A stretch of 44,074 nucleotides of DNA. Source: Trichormus sp. ATA11-4-KO1 (GTDB lineage: Bacteria > Cyanobacteriota > Cyanobacteriia > Cyanobacteriales > Nostocaceae). Below are positions 20,867 through 28,478 of this stretch, in pieces. Made by a program: the position numbers and the translations under genes. The notes under the pieces were generated by a model. It was not told where the DNA came from and searched no databases. It worked only from the letters and a program-made list of their open reading frames with translations. Numbering within the stretch: position 1 is the first letter of the stretch; every line of letters begins with the position of its first letter. The stretch is taken from assembly GCA_019358915.1 (NCBI GenBank), contig JAHHIM010000037.1:1-44074 (forward strand), read 5' to 3'.

Positions 20867-21928
20867 TCAGCACTCTATATAAAGTTCGTAGGTGCAGAAG
20901 GCGGGTTTTTGTTGGTCGATGATGTGGCGTACTAGTTGTTCATCTACTTGGTCTGGGCGATCGGGGCGCAGGCGGACAATAAAATGATATGGGCGACCAC
21001 CGCCAATCATCGCGTCTTGTCCTAGGTGGGTTTTGCCGAGAACAAAGCCTTGACCGAGGATTTCTTCAATACAAATGTGTTTGTCTGTTTCTACGGTTAT
21101 ATGATCATCTAGGGGTAAGTCTGTATAAAGATGTATGTATAAACGTAAACCTCTCCGAGTCCCGCGCCAGCGATAAAGTTCAACAGCAGAACTAATCAGA
21201 TAGCGTTGTCGCTCTACCGTCCAACGACTATCCATTGGCCAAGCTACCCAGTGAGCAAGAAAAGGCAGTAATGCTTGTGGTGCAGTCATGGGGTCTAGGT
21301 AAGCCCAAAGGACATCCATTGTCTGGACTGCGGGTTCAAAAGCCTGCTCGAAAATTTTCAAGAAGCGACCTATAAAGTCTACTTCTCGATAAAGTACGGG
21401 TAAAAAGTTCAGGTATAAACTGCGGGGACGAACATATAAGTTCACACCTGCTGTTTCCACTAATTGTCTACCTGTATCCTCCTCTGTGTAATAAACATAA
21501 ATTAAGCTGTGATAATCCAACATCAAGGATTGACCTAATCCCAAAGATGCTTGATTTTCAAAAAAATCTGCGGGAATTTGGAAGTATAACACTGCATCCA
21601 TCCGCGATCGCGGAGCTAGTTCATAGCCTTCCATGCCAATGCGACACCATTGTGAGGGAAAGTTACCCTCAATTTGCACGTTTAACCGCAGATTACGACT
21701 TCCCAGGTTTTCTAGCTGCAAAATTATTTCGCTGGGTTCTTGGGGATGAATGAATAAAGTGCTGAGTGCGCTGGCCCTGAGCGAAGTCGAAGGGGAGTGC
21801 TGAGTGTTTCTAAAAGTGCTAATTGCTGTTTGCTTGAAGTCGGCTGCACCTTGGGCGAGCGCTGATGGTTGTACTGCATCAGATAATTGCATTGGTGTAA
21901 GTTGGAGGTGCAGAGTTTGACTTGTCAT
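20867..21928 (-). CDS. Phage tail protein, P2 gpI-like baseplate wedge component
   Basis: YLNFLPVLYRE.DFIGRFLKIFE, YLDPMTAP..LLPFLAHWV, AVELYRWRGTRRGL and QQKPAFC.YEL. Confidence 0.85.
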   Translation of the reverse strand: MTSQTLHLQLTPMQLSDAVQPSALAQGAADFKQTAISTFRNTQHSPSTSLRASALSTLFIHPQEPSEIILQLENLGSRNLRLNVQIEGNFPSQWCRIGMEGYELAPRSRMDAVLYFQIPADFFENQASLGLGQSLMLDYHSLIYVYYTEEDTGRQLVETAGVNLYVRPRSLYLNFLPVLYREVDFIGRFLKIFEQAFEPAVQTMDVLWAYLDPMTAPQALLPFLAHWVAWPMDSRWTVERQRYLISSAVELYRWRGTRRGLRLYIHLYTDLPLDDHITVETDKHICIEEILGQGFVLGKTHLGQDAMIGGGRPYHFIVRLRPDRPDQVDEQLVRHIIDQQKPAFCTYELYIEC

Positions 21929-22000
21929 AAAAAAGTGCTGAGTGCTGAGTGCTGAGTGCTGAGTGGGGAGTAAAAAGTCAAGAGTTGAATAATAGAGTTG

Positions 22001-22375
22001 TTATTCGTTTCTGCTTCTGTCAATAGATGCACGAAGCCCACCGATAATTCTGCCAACTTCTTGTGCTTGATTTAAAATTTGGTTGAATTCGCTTTGTTGA
22101 ATATAGTTAATATCTAAGGCTACGTAAAATTGAGAACGTAGTTCAGCACAAGAGGCTTTGGCAATAGAAAGAAACTGATGAAATTCACCAGGTCTGTTAC
22201 GCTCAAAACCTTCAGCAATATTAGACATTATTGATACGGCTGCTCTTTGCATTTGTCCTGAAAGTCCAAAATCTTTCTTAAATTTTTCCTGTTGGGTAAT
22301 TTGATAAATTAACTGAGTTAAAATCCTCGCTTTTTGCCAAGCAATCAAATCCTCAAAGCGCTCTACTTTACTCAA
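22001..22375 (-). CDS. Four-helix-bundle protein (23S rRNA intervening-sequence protein / Avd-like family)
   Basis: FEDLIAWQKAR, DFGLSGQMQRAAVSIMSNIAEGFER and FLSIAKASCAELRSQ. Probable TTG start at 22375 after GGAGG; the maximal ORF extends to 22393. Confidence 0.9.
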   Translation of the reverse strand: MSKVERFEDLIAWQKARILTQLIYQITQQEKFKKDFGLSGQMQRAAVSIMSNIAEGFERNRPGEFHQFLSIAKASCAELRSQFYVALDINYIQQSEFNQILNQAQEVGRIIGGLRASIDRSRNE

Positions 22376-22456
22376 TTTACTCACCTCCATCACTCTTTAC
22401 TCAGCACTCCCCTTCGACTTCGCTCAGCACTCAGCACTTAGAAAAGCACTCAGCAC

Positions 22457-24643
22457 TTACTGTATAAGATTAACGACATGACCGGAGCGTAAACGATTGT
22501 TTTGCCAGGAACAAATGAGTCCGAGGGAACCTGGATCGATGACTGGATTTTGCGGTAGTGTTCTTACCCAGGTTTGTCCGGTGTACCGCAGTTCAAATAG
22601 CTGTACTACTCCTAAATAGCGCACAGCTGGAAATTGCTGGAATAAAGTGACAATATCTGAAGGATACACAGGACGACCAAAAGGCCAGCCTTTACCTTCA
22701 TGTCCGCCAGTGATGGGGTTGAGAAAGCGGTAAAGGCCGATTCGCAATTTCCAGAGCATTTCTTGTTGGGCGGAGGGGTTGTTGTACTCTGGCTCTAGTG
22801 CTACTTCTGTTTGCACTGCTACACCTACGTATTCGGGTGCTTGCAGTTTTATTTGTACTCCTAGTAACCGTCGTTCATCTAAGTAAGCCAAAATCTGACT
22901 GCGTAGTTGGGGACTCAGGTTTAATAGTTCTGGCTCCATGCCTTCACCACGCGATAACACATCTGTATTGGCGGCGGGTACAACTAGTAATCTAATTGTC
23001 CCGGCTTCTTTTGTCGATGTGGGTGGTAAGCAACGCACACGGGAAACTGCTCCCATCCCAGCCTGTAAAGTCAGCACTTCAAAGTCTTCTGGGGTGACGG
23101 CGCGATCGCGGGTGCGGAGCATTGCTGGGACTCTGATCACTGCGTCTTCTAAGGATTCGGCATCTGAGCCGTTACGTGCTGGTGTATGGTTGATTAATCT
23201 GGCAACGTAGGGAATTGCTGTTTTGGCAACTGTAATAGTTCCTGTTTGCACATTACCTTTCCGTCCTCCACCTGTGCGATATGCGACCATCCGCATCACT
23301 GAACCTCGCTGCGGTACGGCTCCATATTGACGCTCTAACTCATTACTCAGTGCGGGATTTTGTAACATGCTGTGAGTTATGCCTGTTTGTGCAAATCCCC
23401 GAAACTGAGTTTGGTGTTGGAGTTGGGCAGGTTCTCGAATCAGTGGGCCAAACTGCACAGTCCCCGTGCGTGAATCAATGGTGTAATGCAAATCCTGGGG
23501 GCCAGAACTGGCAAAATCGTTGACTTCTTGCCATCTTTGGGGAATACCGCCAGGGGGTGAAATCAGTAAATATTCATCATCTCGCCGACTCAATAACGGT
23601 ACACCTTGTAATTGAAAGGTTTGCCCTGGTGTACCGTCGCTTTCTCCGACAATTTCATTGCGAATCAGTTCGCTTTGACTAGCGCCTACAGTACCGCCAA
23701 TGGCTCTGACAGACAAACCCACAATCCGGGGAGAGCTACTGTATCCAGGTTGATGGGGATGCGGTGAGGTGTAAATACAGCGTAACCAACGTCCTTGGTA
23801 AGCAGTAAAGGTAGTTACAGGCCAAGATTGCGGCAAATGCAGCACTACATCTGCACCTTGGAGGGGATTGATACCTTGGGCAGCCAATTCACTAAAACTG
23901 AAACCTTTGGTGCTATCGTCAGATTCTCTCAGCAGCACTGACACCCATTCCACGCCATTCCAAGCTTCCCAGCGCCGGGGGGGAGCATCGGGATTAATGC
24001 CTGTGGCGGTGGCGGCTTCGCCTTTTAATTGCAGGGCTAATACATTACCTTCGCACTCACCATCAAACACCAGATAAAAGCTGTTTCCCGGTTGGGGTTG
24101 CTCGTCAAAAAACGCTAATTCCCTACCATACCAATCACCTTCAGAGCGCATTGTCCACAAATTAGTAAAGCGATCGCGCAGTATTTGCGGTATCTGATCT
24201 ACTGTTGGGGATGTGAGAAAGTGGCGAATGTAGGGTTTATCAATTACCAAAGGACGATCTGTAGTGAAGGCGATCGCTTCTTCTGTTTCGGTTCGCACCG
24301 TGGCGATTTCTACCCCTACGGGAATTGTGTAGGTATTGGGTAAAGCTGCACTGAGATAAAAAGTAATATCTACCATAGCGGGAGTAGGCGCTTGTAACCT
24401 GACTCCCAGCATTTCCAAAAAGGTAATGTAATTACGCTTCGGTACTTGGTTAAACCGCAGCAGCATTTGATCAGTCAACCAAGCAAATAGCTCAATGAGT
24501 GTGATCCCCGGATCACTAGGATTGTAATTTGTCCATTCTGGACAGTAGCGGGGAATCCTGAGAATACATTCATCTACTAAATCTTTGAAAGTGCGATCGT
24601 CTAGATCAGGTTTTGGTAATTTCGGTAAAAAATCAAATTCCAC
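22457..24643 (-). CDS. Baseplate J/gp6-like CIS baseplate assembly protein
   Basis: LPKPDLDDRTFKDLVDEC..RIPRYCPEWTNYNPSDPGITLIELFAW, GESDGTPGQTF, YRTGGGRKGNV, RDRAVTPEDFE and GWPFGR. Confidence 0.92.
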   Translation of the reverse strand: MEFDFLPKLPKPDLDDRTFKDLVDECILRIPRYCPEWTNYNPSDPGITLIELFAWLTDQMLLRFNQVPKRNYITFLEMLGVRLQAPTPAMVDITFYLSAALPNTYTIPVGVEIATVRTETEEAIAFTTDRPLVIDKPYIRHFLTSPTVDQIPQILRDRFTNLWTMRSEGDWYGRELAFFDEQPQPGNSFYLVFDGECEGNVLALQLKGEAATATGINPDAPPRRWEAWNGVEWVSVLLRESDDSTKGFSFSELAAQGINPLQGADVVLHLPQSWPVTTFTAYQGRWLRCIYTSPHPHQPGYSSSPRIVGLSVRAIGGTVGASQSELIRNEIVGESDGTPGQTFQLQGVPLLSRRDDEYLLISPPGGIPQRWQEVNDFASSGPQDLHYTIDSRTGTVQFGPLIREPAQLQHQTQFRGFAQTGITHSMLQNPALSNELERQYGAVPQRGSVMRMVAYRTGGGRKGNVQTGTITVAKTAIPYVARLINHTPARNGSDAESLEDAVIRVPAMLRTRDRAVTPEDFEVLTLQAGMGAVSRVRCLPPTSTKEAGTIRLLVVPAANTDVLSRGEGMEPELLNLSPQLRSQILAYLDERRLLGVQIKLQAPEYVGVAVQTEVALEPEYNNPSAQQEMLWKLRIGLYRFLNPITGGHEGKGWPFGRPVYPSDIVTLFQQFPAVRYLGVVQLFELRYTGQTWVRTLPQNPVIDPGSLGLICSWQNNRLRSGHVVNLIQ

Positions 24644-24731
24644 GGCTTTTTCTAAGTGCTGAGTGCTGAGTGCTGAGTGCTGAGTAAAGAGTAAAGAGTT
24701 ATGAAGTAAGAAAGTAGTTTATTAGTAGTTT

Positions 24732-24866
24732 ACGCGATGTGCGACTTATTCTTAGAACCCCTCTCCAAACCTCTCCCCGAAGCGGAGAGAGGCTTTTAAT
24801 CTTGCTCCCCTTCCCTACTAGGAAAGGGGTTGGGGGTTAGGTTTGAGAGAAAGTTGCACACCGCGT
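24732..24866. mobile_element. 135-bp MITE with terminal inverted repeats and 6-bp target duplication
   Basis: TIRs ACGCGATGTGCGACTT and (reverse complement) ACGCGGTGTGCAACTT. TAGTTT is directly repeated at 24726-24731 and 24867-24872. Internal hairpins CCTCTCCCCGAAGCGGAGAGAGG and CCCCTTCCCTACTAGGAAAGGGG. Confidence 0.75.
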
Positions 24867-24894
24867 TAGTTTTTATTATGCTTTTTTTGCTGGT

Positions 24895-25317
24895 TTACTC
24901 TTGATTTTCTCTGCCGTTGAGATAAAAAGGAAAAACTAAACTGCGAGAATCATGAGTACCTTTGGGATGATATTCAATGAGAATATCTACCCGACCTCGC
25001 AATGGATCAGGATCAGCACGCACTGCATCTAAAACAATGCGCGGCTCCCACATTTCCAAAGCTTCCTGGACGTGTAGACGCAAAAGTAATAAAGTTTGGG
25101 TGTTCATCGGTGCAAAGGTTAACTCAGATAACCGCGAACCAAAATTAGGTCGATACACCCGCTCACCCAAATCGGTACGTAGAATCAGAAGCATCGACTC
25201 TTCAATATTTCGCTCTGCTATACTGAGTTGCAAATTTCCCTGTACATTCACCCTTAGCGGAAAAGACCAACCTGTACCCAGGTGACCACTCTGCTGATTT
25301 TGATTGAGTTCTGGCAT
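24895..25317 (-). CDS. GPW/gp25 family baseplate protein
   Basis: LGTGWSFP, ILRTDLGERVYRPNFGSRL, EALEMWEPRI and SLVFPFYL. Confidence 0.93.
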   Translation of the reverse strand: MPELNQNQQSGHLGTGWSFPLRVNVQGNLQLSIAERNIEESMLLILRTDLGERVYRPNFGSRLSELTFAPMNTQTLLLLRLHVQEALEMWEPRIVLDAVRADPDPLRGRVDILIEYHPKGTHDSRSLVFPFYLNGRENQE

Positions 25318-25509
25318 AGCAAGTAAATTTTGACGAGCTTGCGTCTCTACGCTACTTTACGCTCACACGTCAAACCAATACCATTCGCCAAAAGTCGAGC
25401 TTAAAGCGATCGCACCGCAGACTACAAATTTTATACACACCAAATTACAATTGCTACCAACGTCATTACTAATGTTTAAGCAGCCATCGACCCAAAACAT
25501 AAAAGTAAT

Positions 25510-25797
25510 TTACCCACCAATTAACACAGTTGGCGCACCTACCCCAACCACTGTAGTTAATGGTACGCCAGTCACTGTATTAGCTCCCGCTACCTGAGAT
25601 GTCACCCGCGCTGCTGGACGTCCACCAATAAAGACAGTGAAAGAACCCATAACAATACTTCCAGTAATCACAGGTCCCGCTACTAAATCGCCTACACAAG
25701 CTGCTGGTAAACCCATAATTAGTACATTGGGCATTCCTGGCCCCGTTATGGGGTCGCCTGTAACAGTTAAATCAGTAAGTCGTGCTGCTGGAAACAT
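25510..25797 (-). CDS. PAAR-repeat spike-tip protein
   Basis: PAAR, PAAC and PAAR repeats ending TVLIGG; located between VgrG and gp25. Confidence 0.9.
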   Translation of the reverse strand: MFPAARLTDLTVTGDPITGPGMPNVLIMGLPAACVGDLVAGPVITGSIVMGSFTVFIGGRPAARVTSQVAGANTVTGVPLTTVVGVGAPTVLIGG

Positions 25798-25868
25798 AAT
25801 TAATCTTCTTTTATTAATCAGGATTAATCTACAAATTAATCTTTTGACTATTGGACAATTATTTATTA

Positions 25869-27812
25869 TTAATTCAATCGAATCATCGGTGAGGCAATTC
25901 CCACCGAAGCACCAGCATTAATGCTAATTGTTGCACCAGCATTAGCGCTCAAGGAACCCCCAGCATTAGCGCTCAAGGAACCTCCAGATTGAACACTAAT
26001 TGAACTGCCAGCTTGCACACTCAATGTGCCACCAGTTCTAATAGTAATACCATTAGGAGTTAATTCTATCGTACTCGAACCAACAGTTAAGGTAATTTTC
26101 TGAGTGGCAGTCAAAGCAATTTCGCCACCATTAACACTAATTTTGTTAGCCGTTCCAGTTGTTCCAGATTTAACTGTAATATCACCTGTTGAAGTTAAGC
26201 TAATAGTTTTATTGCTATCATCACAGCGAAACTTATGACCCCCAGTAGTTTCTAATTCGGCAAATTTGTCGCTGTCATTCAGGCGTAAATTATGACCATC
26301 TGTAGTCTGGAGATATGCACCTTTTTTAGTTCCTTTATCTTCTTCCACAAACTGTAATTTATGCCCCACACGAGTTTTAAAAGTCCGTAAACGTACTTTC
26401 CCACCAACAACACTATCATCCACTTTTTCTGATGGTGTATCTGTGCCATTCCATACGCCACCAATCACATAAGGGCGATGAATATCACCATGTTCAAAGG
26501 CTACTAATACTTCATCATTAATTTCTGGCAAACAATCAAACCCTCTATTAGGGCCTGCTCCCACACTGACGACTCTCGCCCAATTACTTTCATGCTCTTC
26601 AGTCAGAGTAGGAAATTTAACTCTGACACGACCCCAGCCTTGAGGATCTTTATTATTACTAACAATTCCCACTAAGAGAGTTTGCCCTGGTTGCAAATGA
26701 GTTTGGGGTGATAAAGTAGCTAAAAGGTCTCCACCGCGCAAGCCACGGACACTAAACTCTGTGATATATTTGCGTTCATGGAATAAATGGCGTGTTTCAG
26801 TGACGTAATAACTACCACTGTAATTGCCCATCTCTGTGAGCTTCACCACCCGTCCCGGTCTAATTTTAGGATTACCTTCACCTTTAGCATCAGCATAAAC
26901 AAATTCTCCCCCAAGTTCATTACACAGAGCTTGAGCCATTTTCTGGGCTTCATTAGTACTGAAGACAGGTTGATCCACCACAATCATCTTAGGTTGAATG
27001 CTAAATTTCGTGCTGGATTGACTACCCTTACCATTATCTGTGTTGGTAATTACCTGCTCTGTTGAAGCTGTGGACACAATTGATTGTTTTTTGCTGTAAT
27101 CCCAACCCCTCACCTCAACCGAACTTACCTGTTCAGCGCTGGTAACTCGAACACGGAAATTGTGGATGTCTTCCAACCACTTGAGAGTTAACGCTTGGTC
27201 TTGTGCGGGTTGGCGGAAATTTAACTTAGCATCTTGCACATACAGTTCAAAGCCAAGACGGGCCGCCCTTTCCCGCAAGAATTCCATATTGGTCTGATTT
27301 TCTTGAAAAACGTATTTATGAACAATACTAGTAGAAGTGATACTGCCAGATGCTATGCCAGCTTCACCAATAATCTGGTTCACAACGTCACTATCTGTCA
27401 CATTTTGAAAAGAACGGTTATAACGTCCCCGGTGCAAACGGTGGGAAATATCGTAACCGCGAATCACTATGGGAGCCTGTGACTCACTAGTAAACTCAGT
27501 TTCTATGGCTGTAATTTCCCCTTCTAATACGTACCCTCGCTCTGCATTTTCAAAATCTGCATCTTCTGTAGTACTGGAAACGAACCCAATTTTAATTTTT
27601 TTGCCAATTGCAAACAAGTTCTGGTGTCGCCAAGTTTGCTGCTGTTGCTGTGAACGTCCGGGAAAGTAATCGTTTTGGATAACTAAAGTAAACATTCCCG
27701 GTAGGTGAAGGCTCTCTTCTACCGAGATTTGCAGAATATCATCGAGCAAATCTTTGGGCGCATCACTACCATCAATTTGCAATAGTGGCTCTGGTATGTA
27801 AAGAACAGCCAT
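25869..27812 (-). CDS. vgrG: VgrG-related spike protein (gp27-gp5 fusion)
   Basis: GYDISHRLHRG, QENQTNMEFLRERAARLG, NKDPQGWGRVRVKFP, WARV, LPEINDEVLVAFEHGDIHRPYVIGGVWNG, and C-terminal 8-aa beta-helix repeats. Likely ATG at 27812. Confidence 0.93.
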   Translation of the reverse strand: MAVLYIPEPLLQIDGSDAPKDLLDDILQISVEESLHLPGMFTLVIQNDYFPGRSQQQQQTWRHQNLFAIGKKIKIGFVSSTTEDADFENAERGYVLEGEITAIETEFTSESQAPIVIRGYDISHRLHRGRYNRSFQNVTDSDVVNQIIGEAGIASGSITSTSIVHKYVFQENQTNMEFLRERAARLGFELYVQDAKLNFRQPAQDQALTLKWLEDIHNFRVRVTSAEQVSSVEVRGWDYSKKQSIVSTASTEQVITNTDNGKGSQSSTKFSIQPKMIVVDQPVFSTNEAQKMAQALCNELGGEFVYADAKGEGNPKIRPGRVVKLTEMGNYSGSYYVTETRHLFHERKYITEFSVRGLRGGDLLATLSPQTHLQPGQTLLVGIVSNNKDPQGWGRVRVKFPTLTEEHESNWARVVSVGAGPNRGFDCLPEINDEVLVAFEHGDIHRPYVIGGVWNGTDTPSEKVDDSVVGGKVRLRTFKTRVGHKLQFVEEDKGTKKGAYLQTTDGHNLRLNDSDKFAELETTGGHKFRCDDSNKTISLTSTGDITVKSGTTGTANKISVNGGEIALTATQKITLTVGSSTIELTPNGITIRTGGTLSVQAGSSISVQSGGSLSANAGGSLSANAGATISINAGASVGIASPMIRLN

Positions 27813-27884
27813 ACATATTGTGAAGGGTTGATTTCTCATAGCCTATGGGGACATTTGATTATGGAGTATTCCCCAAAGGTCGAA

Positions 27885-28409
27885 TTAACTCCGACTGGCT
27901 CGGCTATCACCACTGCGGTTTACATTAGCAGGTGTACCCATACCTGGTTGGGTAATAGATTCATCTACTTCCTCAAGCGTCAAGTTGACTTTAGCCCGAA
28001 CTGGAGTACCATCAGGCAAAAACAGGGTGAGACTATAGTTGAGAGATTGCACAAAGCAACGGATATATTGTTGATCACCCCAGGTAAATACATAAATTGG
28101 TGGACGTTTTTCTCTACCTTCTCCGGCTTCAGCAAAGTTAACAGCTTTTTCAAATTTTTTGAGGTGTGTGAGGACGCTAGTACTTTCTTCGTAGGTATCA
28201 AAAATGATATTATTGATAGTTAATTTACAAGGCTCTGGATAAGCAAAACTGACTTTAGGTAATCCTCTACCAGTACGAGCACCACTGCTTTTAGTTAAGT
28301 TAATTTGCTGTGCAAAGTCCAGTTGATTTGGGTTAAACATGAACTCAATATCTGGCGCGGCTTGTTCTGTGGCTATCAGTTTTGCCTTTACTAAACGAGT
28401 AGTAGTCAT
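27885..28409 (-). CDS. CIS tube-initiator (Afp7/Pvc7-like) protein without LysM
   Basis: IEFMFNPNQL, FDTYE, RPPIYVFTWG and TLFLPDGTPVRAKVNLTLEE. Confidence 0.82.
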   Translation of the reverse strand: MTTTRLVKAKLIATEQAAPDIEFMFNPNQLDFAQQINLTKSSGARTGRGLPKVSFAYPEPCKLTINNIIFDTYEESTSVLTHLKKFEKAVNFAEAGEGREKRPPIYVFTWGDQQYIRCFVQSLNYSLTLFLPDGTPVRAKVNLTLEEVDESITQPGMGTPANVNRSGDSRASRS

Positions 28410-28478
28410 GGCTTTTTTATCTAAGTTATACCAGGTTGAATTTTAAATTGTGAAACAGTACTTCCTACTTTTTATTCT

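Larger units (their letters stand above)
14458..24692. repeat. Series of GTGCTGA/TCAGCAC heptamer arrays within the CIS operon
   Basis: Arrays at 14463-14479, 19461-19548, 20851-20875, 21758-21806, 21934-21965, 22399-22457 and 24655-24685. Further copies lie at about 6012-6027 and 38412-38459. Confidence 0.9.

Noticed and set aside
22001..22393. Diversity-generating retroelement suggested by the Avd-like gene
   Set aside because: No reverse transcriptase and no TR/VR pair differing at adenines was seen in the window.
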